Positions 45,167 to 54,085 of a DNA stretch of 64,000 nucleotides are shown piece by piece (within the stretch, counting starts at the first letter, position 1; each line of letters begins with the position of its first letter). The notes under the pieces are model-generated. The model was not told where the DNA came from, did no database searches, and was given only the letters and a program-made list of their open reading frames with translations. The translations under genes were made by a program, and so were the position numbers. The stretch lies in the NCBI GenBank assembly GCA_002070275.1, contig MWCY01000010.1, positions 9,122 through 73,121 of the forward strand. Direction: 5' to 3'. The stretch is from Candidatus Hydrogenedentes bacterium ADurb.Bin170 (GTDB lineage: Bacteria > Hydrogenedentota > Hydrogenedentia > Hydrogenedentales > CAITNO01).

Positions 45167-46111
45167 ATGAAACATGGTTCTTTCTTTTTGCTTTTTGCTC
45201 TGATCCTGAGCGGATGCGCCACTTTCAGGCCCGGTGCTCCGTCCGGTATGACCGATGTAATTGCCCATCGTGGTGCGAGCCATGATGCCCCTGAAAATAC
45301 ATTGCCCGCCTTTGAACTTGCTATTGAGCAGGGGGCTGACTGGTTTGAGCTTGATTGCCGTCTGTCGCAGGATGGAGCGGTTGTGGTGTTCCACGACGAT
45401 AATCTGGAACGCATCACAGGACTCGCTGACCGTGTGGACGCCCTGGATTTTGCATCTCTGCGCACACTGGATGCCGGCGCCTGGAAAGGGCCGTCTTATG
45501 CGGGTGCTCAGATTCCCACACTGGCGGAGTCGCTGGATCTTGCGAAGGGGCGTATCGGCGTTTATGTGGAAATCAAAAATGCGGCAAATGACGGCGCCCT
45601 GCTGGAACAGATTCTTGCCATGTCCGAGGGTGTGCCTGTCATGACAGATGCCCATGCCCGGAAAATTCTTGCTGCCATAGAAGAAAGCGGCACAAAAAAT
45701 CTGGAACTGACCCGCAAGACCCTTGCACTGATTCGGGAACGGCACATGGAAAAAGAAATAGTGATTCAATCCTTTTCGCCTGTGATCTGTGCTGTTGCCC
45801 GGATTGAAGCGCCTGAAATGCGTGTGGAGTTTCTGGCAGGTGCGGAGCCCGACAAACACGAGGACTGGGCGCGCATTGAGCGATGGGCCTTTCTGCTGGA
45901 TCTTCACGGTGTGAATATCAGCTACGGCAGCCTCACCTCCGGCAGGGTTGCAGTGGTGCGTGAATCCGGCAAGACGATGGCGGTGTGGACAGTGGATGAC
46001 CTCGAACAGATGCGCCATTGTACGTCACTGGGTGTGGATGCGATTATTACCAATGTGCCTTCCCGTTGTCTGAAACTGCTGGGCCGAGCATCGTCAGCGC
46101 AGCGAAAATAA
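45167..46111 (+). CDS. Glycerophosphodiester phosphodiesterase lipoprotein
   Basis: Lipobox LILSGC. HRGASHDAPENTL and FELDCRLSQDGAVVVFHD. Confidence 0.85.
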   Translation: MKHGSFFLLFALILSGCATFRPGAPSGMTDVIAHRGASHDAPENTLPAFELAIEQGADWFELDCRLSQDGAVVVFHDDNLERITGLADRVDALDFASLRTLDAGAWKGPSYAGAQIPTLAESLDLAKGRIGVYVEIKNAANDGALLEQILAMSEGVPVMTDAHARKILAAIEESGTKNLELTRKTLALIRERHMEKEIVIQSFSPVICAVARIEAPEMRVEFLAGAEPDKHEDWARIERWAFLLDLHGVNISYGSLTSGRVAVVRESGKTMAVWTVDDLEQMRHCTSLGVDAIITNVPSRCLKLLGRASSAQRK

Positions 46112-46206
46112 AGGCGTATGCGGCAGTGCCTGCTCCGGAATAAGTGGCAGCATTGCGCTGTTTATCGGACAACAGGCTGTTCAACTGTCTTCATGCAGTT
46201 CTGTTG

Positions 46207-46215
46207 TGCTATACT
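46207..46215 (+). promoter_or_regulatory. Extended -10 element TGCTATACT about 440 nt upstream of leuA
   Basis: The same 12-mer, TGCTATACTTTC, is also found at 61298-61309. Confidence 0.3.
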
Positions 46216-46652
46216 TTCTCACCTTCTCCGTACTGCATTGAGCAGAACAGAAGTTCTTTTTCCGCAGGATCTGTAAAGGCAATCATTATGCAACATGTAT
46301 CACCGGCAGCGGGCTTTGTGAAAAGCGGATTCTTTTCCGTCTTTTCAGGCTATGCCTGTGCCTGTGCATACAGCAGGGAGGTACCTGCGCCCGGCGTTAA
46401 CGCAGCCAGACTGCGTGTTTCCCGTCCGGGCCGACAGCTGCTCTGATTCCGGACAGGCGGAAGACGGCGGCAATCGAGTCAGGGCAATGTTGTATCAGGC
46501 GCCGGCAGAGATATTTCTGCGGGTCCATGACAGACAGGCGGATCGGAAGCTGCATCCCATTCTTCCCCTTGCCGGAATCGCGCAATGCACCCGAATTTGT
46601 TGTGTTTTGCTTTCTGCAATGGTTTCCAATTTACAAAAAAGGTAGAAGAATA

Positions 46653-48182
46653 ATGAAGGATACAATCTATATTTTTGATACAACGCTTCGTGATGGAGAA
46701 CAGTCCCCCGGTGCGAGTATGGATGAAAACGCCAAGGTTCAGATGGCGCTTCAGCTCGACCGACTGGGCGTGGATGTGATTGAGGCAGGCTTTCCCATCG
46801 CTTCCAAACAGGAGTTTGAAGGGGTGATCCGGGTTGCCAAAGCAGTCCGCAATGCCCGGGTTGCCGGCCTTGCCCGTGCGTTGAGCAAAGACATTGAACG
46901 CGCTGCTGCTGCGCTGAATTATGCCCAAAAGCCCGTATTGCACACCTTTCTCGCCACCTCCGATATCCACATGGAATATAAGCTGAAAATGTCCCGTGCC
47001 CAGGTAATCGATACGGTGGGAACAGCGGTTACGCTGGCAAAATCCCTGCTGCCCCGGGTCGAATTTTCTGCCGAAGATGCGACCCGCTCCGACCGTGATT
47101 TTCTGGCGGAAGTGGTTGAAACGGCAATCGCCGCCGGTGCCGATGTGATCAATCTTCCCGACACCGTCGGATACACGACCCCGGACGAGATCCGCGAGAT
47201 GTTCCGGTATGTGATTGACAAAGCCAAAGGCTCGGAAAAAGTCATCTTTTCCACTCATAACCATAATGATCTGGGGCTTGCCGTTGCCAATGCTCTGGCA
47301 GCACTGCAGGGCGGTGCCCGTCAGGTCGAATGTACGGTAAACGGTATCGGTGAGCGGGCGGGCAACACTTCTCTGGAAGAGGTGGTTATGGCGATCCATA
47401 CCCGCGCCGACGAGTTCCCCTATCATTGTGGCGTGGAAACAAAAGAAATTGTACCTTCCAGCAATCTGCTGAGCATGATCACCGGTCTGGTCGTTCCCTT
47501 CAATAAACCTATTGTGGGACGCAATGCCTTCGCACACGAATCCGGTATTCATCAGCATGGCATGCTCGCCAACAGCAAGACCTATGAAATTATGACGCCT
47601 GCTTCGGTGGGTCATAAGCGTACGGATCTGGTGCTCGGCAAGCATTCGGGCCGTGCCGGTCTGGCAAAACGCAGTGCCGAACTCGGCTTTAATCTGAATG
47701 AAGAGGAAGTCGGAAAGCTGTACGAGCGTTTTATTGTTTTAGCCGACAAGAAAAAAGAAGTCTATTCCGATGACCTGCGCATGCTGATCGTTGCCATGTA
47801 TTCCAATGCATTTGAAGTGTATCAGTTGGAGAAACTGCGGACTTTCGGGGAAGACCCCACCGTTGCCATGGTCAAGCTGAAACATGGTGATGAAGTGATT
47901 ACGGAAACGGCGCTTGGTGACGGGCCCGTGGATGCCGCCTGTGTTGCCATCGAAAAAATAGTGGGGCATACAGGAAAACTGGAACAGTTCAATCTGCGCG
48001 CCGCTACGCCGGGCAAAGATGCTTTCGGTGAAGCCCATGTGACTGTACGCTTTGATGATAAAGTCTACAGGGGGAACGGCGCCAGTACAGACATTGTAGA
48101 AGCCGCCATTCATGCCTATCTGAATGCTATGAACAAACATATAGCATATCTGCAGAGCCGTGAAATTAATGGTGATTCCTGA
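46653..48182 (+). CDS. leuA: 2-isopropylmalate synthase
   Basis: The start is trimmed to the ATG at 46653 (MKDTIYIFDTTLRDGEQSPG). HNHNDLGLAVAN and GIGERAGN, plus a C-terminal LeuA regulatory domain. Confidence 0.95.
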   Translation: MKDTIYIFDTTLRDGEQSPGASMDENAKVQMALQLDRLGVDVIEAGFPIASKQEFEGVIRVAKAVRNARVAGLARALSKDIERAAAALNYAQKPVLHTFLATSDIHMEYKLKMSRAQVIDTVGTAVTLAKSLLPRVEFSAEDATRSDRDFLAEVVETAIAAGADVINLPDTVGYTTPDEIREMFRYVIDKAKGSEKVIFSTHNHNDLGLAVANALAALQGGARQVECTVNGIGERAGNTSLEEVVMAIHTRADEFPYHCGVETKEIVPSSNLLSMITGLVVPFNKPIVGRNAFAHESGIHQHGMLANSKTYEIMTPASVGHKRTDLVLGKHSGRAGLAKRSAELGFNLNEEEVGKLYERFIVLADKKKEVYSDDLRMLIVAMYSNAFEVYQLEKLRTFGEDPTVAMVKLKHGDEVITETALGDGPVDAACVAIEKIVGHTGKLEQFNLRAATPGKDAFGEAHVTVRFDDKVYRGNGASTDIVEAAIHAYLNAMNKHIAYLQSREINGDS

Positions 48183-48216
48183 CCTTTGCGTTTGTGCGGA
48201 CAGCCGGTAAGATAGG

Positions 48217-48253
48217 GACTCGGAAAAGGGATTTCTCTTTTCCGAGTCTTTCC
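48217..48253 (+). terminator. Hairpin after leuA (possible terminator with a weak U-tract)
   Basis: GACTCGGAAAAG (48217-48228) pairs with CTTTTCCGAGTC (48237-48248), 12 bp perfect, followed only by TTTCC. Confidence 0.45.
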
Positions 48254-48450
48254 ATGAAAGATGTCTTGCGTAATCTGCCCGCTTTTCTCTGTGTTGCATG
48301 AAAGGCTTTGCGGTATAATGTTAACCGTGGGTAAGCGCATTCCGTTCTTTGAACGTATGCGAGTGACTCATCTCCCGGTCTGATTATTCTTCATTTTCGC
48401 CTTTGGGCGAGGGAAGAGGTCGGGCGGTTTTTTGCTTTCGTAATTAAAGG

Positions 48451-49467
48451 ATGCACATGGTACGCAGTTTAGTCATACGGCAGGCTTTCCGGGTCTTGGA
48501 TATCACCCTTACCCTGGCGGTAATCGCTGTGGTAGTGGTTGTTCTCCGCATGTTTCTGACACCGCTGTTGCCACTGGAGCCAGGTGTTGCCGTGGAAGAT
48601 GCGGGCTCCGTGGAGCTGGCGACTGTATTGAAGACTGTTGGGGATCGCCGCTCTTATGACAGCCTGGTTAAAGGCGGTCTCTTCGGCAATGCCAGCGACT
48701 GGGATCCTGCGGCTGCCCCTCCGGTCGAAGAGCCTCCTGCCGTTGAGGAAAGTGCCGCAATAGAGGAAAGTGAACTCGGGCTCGCCCTGCGGGGCACCAT
48801 TGCTCTTGAGTCGGGCAAGGAGTTTGCCGCTGCTCTTATTGAGAACACTGAAAAAAGAGAAAAACCTCATCCCTACAAAATAGATCAGGAAGTGCTGGAG
48901 GGCATCGTCCTAGTTGACATTGCCCAGCGGGAAGTTATTCTGCTGAACAAACGGCAGGAACCTTACCGAAAAGAACGGTTGAGTATGCAGGGCGGCGAAC
49001 TGCAGCTGACCGGGGGTACAGGCGCACGCCCCAGAGGTGCGGCGGTGGCTTCCGCTTCAGGAGAAGCGGTTTATGATCAGGGAAGTTCGAGAGGGAATCA
49101 GGCGCGCGGGCAGGGCAGCACGGGTGCTTCTTCCTCTTCTTCTGTGCAGCGCATGGCTGTCAAGCGTGACGAAATTATCCGTGAGGCGATACAGAATTAT
49201 TCTTCGCTGGCAACGATCACTCCGGAAGTCAAAACTGACCCGAGCGGCAAGGTGCTGGGCCTTACTGCGGAAAATATTGAGGCTCAGCCACTGGCAAAAA
49301 AACTGGGTTTTCGTGACGGTGATGTGCTGCAGTCTGTGAATAACGAAGAAATTACCAGCCGCGAGCAGCTTTATGATTTATTTCAACGCTATCAGACCGC
49401 CACTTCTTTCCGTGTCGGCATTTTAAGGGACGGCAGGCCGATGGTACTCAATTTTCAGGTAGACTGA
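48451..49467 (+). CDS. gspC: Type II secretion system protein C-like (N-terminal TM, Gly/Ser/Ala-rich linker, C-terminal PDZ)
   Basis: TM ITLTLAVIAVVVVVL. The C-terminal PDZ-like region is GLTAENIEAQPLAKKLGFRDGDVLQSVNNEEI. It sits directly upstream of gspD. Confidence 0.65.
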   Translation: MHMVRSLVIRQAFRVLDITLTLAVIAVVVVVLRMFLTPLLPLEPGVAVEDAGSVELATVLKTVGDRRSYDSLVKGGLFGNASDWDPAAAPPVEEPPAVEESAAIEESELGLALRGTIALESGKEFAAALIENTEKREKPHPYKIDQEVLEGIVLVDIAQREVILLNKRQEPYRKERLSMQGGELQLTGGTGARPRGAAVASASGEAVYDQGSSRGNQARGQGSTGASSSSSVQRMAVKRDEIIREAIQNYSSLATITPEVKTDPSGKVLGLTAENIEAQPLAKKLGFRDGDVLQSVNNEEITSREQLYDLFQRYQTATSFRVGILRDGRPMVLNFQVD

Positions 49468-49677
49468 TGCTGCCGGGTTTTACAGTGCTGCGACGCTTCT
49501 TTTCCCTTATCGCTGCTCACAGAAAAATCGATCCCGGTCTGGTTGATAAAATGGGCATCCCGGGTAGGGCATGCGTTATAATGCATGCGAGTTTTGACAA
49601 CGGTGTTCAGGAGCACTTTTGCTGCAGGATTTCTTTTTAATCCCTTGCTGAATAAAAATACTGTGGAAGGGACGCTT

Positions 49678-52344
49678 GTGTATATACATTGTTCTGGTTT
49701 CCGCTGCTTTGCGGCAGTTCTTCTTTTATTAGCTGGTGCCGGTCTTGCTTATGCCCAGTATCCTGACGAGTACGGTGAGGCTCCGCTTGTAGAGCCGCCG
49801 GACGGTTACGATGCGAACGGTGCCGTGCCGGACGCGCCTTATACCGCAGCGCCGCCAGGCGCCGAGTATGTGGACGAGTCCGGCCTGGAAACCTTCAATC
49901 CGGGCATGCGAAATGCCCAGCAGCCGCCTGCTGTGCAGCCTCATTCTTCCCGCCCGCTGTCGCAGGGCGCAACGCCGCCGCCGCCACCGCCCATCCGTGA
50001 TCGTGTTCGCCCCAACAGGAGCGGATCTGCGGCACCGGTCGCTTCCCGTGCACCCTTGAACAGTACCACGGTCAGTGCTCAGGGGAACGGGAGCGGCAAT
50101 GGCAATGGCCAGGGTAATCCCATGGCATCAGAAGAAAAGACAGGCGAAACGCCGTCTGATCCGGTCAGCTTTGATTTTCAGGATGCGCCGCTGCTGGATG
50201 TGATAGCCGCCATCTCCAAACTGACCGGGCGCAATTTTGATCTTGATGCCAATCTTTCATCCCTCACAGTTTCCATCATCACTCATGATAAAATTCCGCC
50301 CGAAATGGCGTATGAAGTGCTCGAATCCATTCTGACAACCCGCGGTTATTCCATGGTAGAAAGTCTGGACGGGCACCTGATCAAGATTATCCCCACTGCT
50401 GATGCGCCCACTTCAGATAAAACACCGCTCGTTCTGGAAAAAGGGGCTGAAATCAAGGGCTACGACGGCTTCTCCACCCACATTGTCACCGTGGAAAACG
50501 GCAACGCCGAGGAGATCCAGCGGGTACTGCAGCTGCTGGGTTCCAAAAATGCGCGCATCGACGTATATGCGCCCACCAATACGCTCATTATTACGGATAC
50601 AGCGGACGGTCTTCGCCGCATGCTGGCTTTCCTCGAGCAGGCGGATGTGCCCGGCTTTGATACTACCATGGAGATTTTTACGCTCGAGTATACCCGTGCC
50701 GAAGTGATCTCCGGTCAGATCAATCAGGTGCTGCTGGGTGATACCGGCCAGCCGCAGCGCGGCAACATGCCTCCGCAGCCCGTTCCGCCGACACCGGTAC
50801 GGCCCATGCGTGCTCCCCATCCGGCAGCGGTGCAGCAGCCGGGTTCGCAGGTGATCGGTTCCCGGGAAGAAGTGCTGCGCATGGTCAGTGATGAGCGTCT
50901 GAACTCCTTGATTGTTGTGGCGACGGCATCGATGATGGAACGGGTGCGCGATCTGGTAAAACGCCTTGACACGCCGACGCCCTATGAAGCCAACAACATG
51001 CATATTTATCAGCTTGTCAATGCCGATGCCGAGGCAATTGAAACAGCCATTCAGCCTCTTATCGGTACAGCACCGCGTAAGCAGGCAACCGCAGGCGGTG
51101 CAGCAGGCGGTGCGGCAGGCATGCCCTCGGTCGGCGGCGGAGGCGGCGGTGCCGTCGGAACGCCTGAGGTGCAGCCTTTCGAGCAGAAGGTGCAGATTAC
51201 CCGCTATGACAGAACAAATTCGCTGCTGATTGTCGCTTCCCCGCAGGATTACAAACTGCTTGAAGCGTTTATAGCCCGGCTGGATGTGCCGCAGCGTCAG
51301 GTGTGCGTGGATGCGGTCATCATGGAAGTGAAGATGACCAATGACTTCGGGCTTTCTGTCGATGCTGCCGCTATTACCGGCAATGACGGGTTTGCCATGA
51401 CCAGCACGGACAACCTGAACGGCTTGCTGAAGACCGTGCATGTGGCGGAAGAAATTGTGGGCGGGCCCCGTGCCGCCTTACGCGGAGCCGCCCTCGGGCT
51501 GGGCAGCGAGCAGCGCAGCGGTCTGACCTTGGGTGTTTATGATGATCTGAGCTTCACTTATCGTGGTCAGAAAATCAAGATTCCTTTTGTGCCGCTCCTC
51601 TTTCAGGCTGTTGAAAAAATCACCGATACAGAGGTGCTTTCACAGCCCAGTCTGGTGACCATGGACAACGAGGAATCAAGTATTATCGTCGGTCAGGAAG
51701 TGCCTTTTATTACCAGCACCAGCTCCTCCCGTCGCACGGATGGTTCTGTGGATTCAGGTATGTACGGCGGATACACCCGGGTCGAACGCCAGGACGTGGG
51801 TGTGAAGCTGAAAGTGACACCGCAGATTTCCGAAGGAGACAATGTCATGGTTGATGTTGAGATTGAAATCTCAGACACCAACGCGACTCCTGTCGGAACA
51901 GTTGATATCGTCGGGCCGACAACCAATAAATCACAGGTCACCAACAAGACCATAGTCAAGGACGGGTCGACAGCGGTAATTGCAGGGCTTATACGTGACA
52001 CAGCGGTGAAAAAGCATCAGCCCAAGGCGCCCATTCTTGCGGATGTGCCTGTTTTCGGATGGCTTTTCCGCTCCAAATCCACCTCGCGGCAGAAGCAGAA
52101 CATGGTAGTGCTTGTAACGCCTCATATCATCAAGGAAAGCATGGATCTGGAAAGAATCAGCCATAGCAAAATTGATGAATACTACGATTCGACTGTGGAG
52201 CAGATTGTGCAGGCCGGTTTCTTTGACAAGATTTTGAAAAAAAGGAGCCTTTCCAACGATGACAGTCCTACGCTGAAGCGTGCTGAAACCATGAGTGGCA
52301 GGCGCAGCTCCAAAAATTTTAAGCGCGGCGACATTGAAAGATGA
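49678..52344 (+). CDS. gspD: Type II secretion secretin GspD
   Basis: I propose the GTG at 49678, with GGAAGGG 6 nt upstream and the signal peptide ...LLLLAGAGLAYA|Q. The ORF track starts at 49585, immediately after a TATAAT box. N-domains are present, and the secretin core has SQPSLVTMDNEESSIIVGQEVPF and ILADVPVFGWLFRS. Confidence 0.85.
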   Translation: MYIHCSGFRCFAAVLLLLAGAGLAYAQYPDEYGEAPLVEPPDGYDANGAVPDAPYTAAPPGAEYVDESGLETFNPGMRNAQQPPAVQPHSSRPLSQGATPPPPPPIRDRVRPNRSGSAAPVASRAPLNSTTVSAQGNGSGNGNGQGNPMASEEKTGETPSDPVSFDFQDAPLLDVIAAISKLTGRNFDLDANLSSLTVSIITHDKIPPEMAYEVLESILTTRGYSMVESLDGHLIKIIPTADAPTSDKTPLVLEKGAEIKGYDGFSTHIVTVENGNAEEIQRVLQLLGSKNARIDVYAPTNTLIITDTADGLRRMLAFLEQADVPGFDTTMEIFTLEYTRAEVISGQINQVLLGDTGQPQRGNMPPQPVPPTPVRPMRAPHPAAVQQPGSQVIGSREEVLRMVSDERLNSLIVVATASMMERVRDLVKRLDTPTPYEANNMHIYQLVNADAEAIETAIQPLIGTAPRKQATAGGAAGGAAGMPSVGGGGGGAVGTPEVQPFEQKVQITRYDRTNSLLIVASPQDYKLLEAFIARLDVPQRQVCVDAVIMEVKMTNDFGLSVDAAAITGNDGFAMTSTDNLNGLLKTVHVAEEIVGGPRAALRGAALGLGSEQRSGLTLGVYDDLSFTYRGQKIKIPFVPLLFQAVEKITDTEVLSQPSLVTMDNEESSIIVGQEVPFITSTSSSRRTDGSVDSGMYGGYTRVERQDVGVKLKVTPQISEGDNVMVDVEIEISDTNATPVGTVDIVGPTTNKSQVTNKTIVKDGSTAVIAGLIRDTAVKKHQPKAPILADVPVFGWLFRSKSTSRQKQNMVVLVTPHIIKESMDLERISHSKIDEYYDSTVEQIVQAGFFDKILKKRSLSNDDSPTLKRAETMSGRRSSKNFKRGDIER

Positions 52345-54077
52345 GTATGCAGGCTGCCACGGGATTAAAACTGGGTGAAATACTGGCGGAACAGGGCTGG
52401 GTACATGCCGATCAGGTGAAGGAAGCACTGGAGCTGCAGAAGCTGCGCCCCCGTCGGGTAGGGGAACTTTTACTGGATCTGGGTTATATCGAGGAAGAAA
52501 ATCTCCTTCGCGCTCTGGGGCTCCAGTTCGGCCTGGATTATGAACCGTCAGTGCGAAAGCAGGTCGAGTCGTCGCTGACCACGAAGGTACCCATCAGCTT
52601 TATCCGTGAATACCACATGGTACCCTATAAACGCAGCAATGACGGGTATCTGGTTGCAATCAACGATCCGATCAATCTGCTCCCTCTGGATGATCTCCGC
52701 CTGCTGCTGGACGGCGCTGTCATTCCTGTGCTCTGCAGCAAGGAAGATATTCAGTTCATCATCGACACGTATTTTGAGCAGCAGAGCGAAAACGCCGGAG
52801 AGCTCATCGACAATATCACGCTGAGCGGGGAGGAAGAGGGCAAGGTTCACTCGCTGGATCACAGCGAATCCGAGCGGGATCTTCTTGATCTTGCCAATGA
52901 AGCCCCGATCATCAAACTGATCAATCTGGTGATTTCCGGTGCCGTGAAAGAACGGGCTTCGGATATCCATCTGGAGCCTTTTGAACATTCGGTGCGGGTT
53001 CGTTACCGTATCGACGGGGTGCTCTACGAGAAATTTACAGTGCCCCGGGCACAGCAGGCGGCGCTGGTGTCCCGCGTGAAAATTATGGCGAACCTGAATA
53101 TAGCCGAGCATCGCCTGCCTCAGGACGGCCGTATCAAAATACGGCTGAGCGGAAAAGAAATCGATATTCGTGTATCTATTATCCCTATTGCCCATGGCGA
53201 GCGGGTGGTCATGCGTATTCTGGAGAAGGGCAGTTTTCTTTTCAGCCTGACCCAGCTGGGCATGGACAGTCGTGATCATAAAATTATGGATCGGCTGATC
53301 ACCAGTTCTCACGGGATCATTCTCGTGACAGGACCCACGGGCTCGGGAAAATCGACGACCCTCTATGCCGCCCTGCAGCAGGTGAACTCGCCGGATAAAA
53401 ATATCATTACCGTGGAAGATCCCATTGAATACCTCATCCCGGGGATCAGCCAGATTCAGGTCAGGCCCAAAATCGGACTGACTTTTGCCGCCGGTTTGCG
53501 CAGTATTTTGCGGCAGGACCCGGATATTATTCTGGTCGGCGAGATCCGTGACATGGAAACGGCGGAAATGGCGGTGCAGGCTTCTCTTACGGGGCATCTG
53601 GTTTTTGCCACCCTGCATACCAATGACAGTTCAGGTGCCATTACCCGCCTGATCAATATGGGCATAGAGCCCTTTCTCGTTACGTCTTCCACCATTGCAA
53701 TTCAGGCGCAGCGCCTGGTGCGCCGGGTCTGCCCTTCCTGCAAGGAAAACTTCATGCCCGATCTGGACTCGCTGCATGAACTGGGTATTTCACCCGATGA
53801 TCCGCGCTGTAAAGAACTGAAACGGGGGGTCGGCTGCGACAAATGCAGCAACCGGGGCTATCTGGGCAGAAGCGGCATTTTTGAGCTCCTCGCCATGTCC
53901 AACAGGATTCAGGAAATGGTGCTGCAGGGTGCGGACTCCAATGCGGTGAAGCGGGAAGCGCGTTTGGAAGGTATGCGCACACTCCGTGAGGACGGTGCGC
54001 AGAAAGTACTGCGCGGCGAGACAACGGTAGAAGAGATCCTGCGGGTTACCCGCGATGAAACGCTTGAATCCGCATAG
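52341..54077 (+). CDS. gspE: Type II secretion ATPase GspE with a canonical tandem MshEN motif
   Basis: GPTGSGKSTTLYAAL, VEDPIEYLI, GHLVFATLHTNDS, CPSCKE...CDKCSNRGYLGR. It overlaps gspD by ATGA. Confidence 0.92.
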   Translation: MSMQAATGLKLGEILAEQGWVHADQVKEALELQKLRPRRVGELLLDLGYIEEENLLRALGLQFGLDYEPSVRKQVESSLTTKVPISFIREYHMVPYKRSNDGYLVAINDPINLLPLDDLRLLLDGAVIPVLCSKEDIQFIIDTYFEQQSENAGELIDNITLSGEEEGKVHSLDHSESERDLLDLANEAPIIKLINLVISGAVKERASDIHLEPFEHSVRVRYRIDGVLYEKFTVPRAQQAALVSRVKIMANLNIAEHRLPQDGRIKIRLSGKEIDIRVSIIPIAHGERVVMRILEKGSFLFSLTQLGMDSRDHKIMDRLITSSHGIILVTGPTGSGKSTTLYAALQQVNSPDKNIITVEDPIEYLIPGISQIQVRPKIGLTFAAGLRSILRQDPDIILVGEIRDMETAEMAVQASLTGHLVFATLHTNDSSGAITRLINMGIEPFLVTSSTIAIQAQRLVRRVCPSCKENFMPDLDSLHELGISPDDPRCKELKRGVGCDKCSNRGYLGRSGIFELLAMSNRIQEMVLQGADSNAVKREARLEGMRTLREDGAQKVLRGETTVEEILRVTRDETLESA

Positions 54078-54085
54078 GTATTTTT

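Noticed and set aside
46144-46446. 100-aa ORF (GTG start) in the leuA upstream gap
   Set aside because: It has no SD and no recognisable motif, and its composition is not protein-like. I kept the region only as a non-coding curiosity.
46380-46520. Possible SRP (4.5S) RNA because of a CCGGACAGGCGGAAGACGGCGGCA segment
   Set aside because: It does not match the conserved domain IV sequence (…GGUCCGGAAGGAAGCAGCC…) or its symmetric-loop context. The resemblance is limited to a GGAAG pentamer.
46479-47645. 388-aa ORF on the minus strand
   Set aside because: Antisense shadow of leuA, which has unambiguous motifs.
52548-53618. 356-aa ORF on the minus strand
   Set aside because: Antisense shadow of gspE. 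The same reasoning applies to 50413-51441 (opposite gspD), 38297-39478 (opposite transglutaminase 2), 36120-37169 and 36307-37068 (overlapping the NSS gene), 23293-24240 and 24784-25599 (opposite secA), 45116-46018 (opposite GDPD), 43844-44605 (opposite DUF1559), 11943-12788 (opposite the hydrolase), and 31499-32251 (opposite the kinase).
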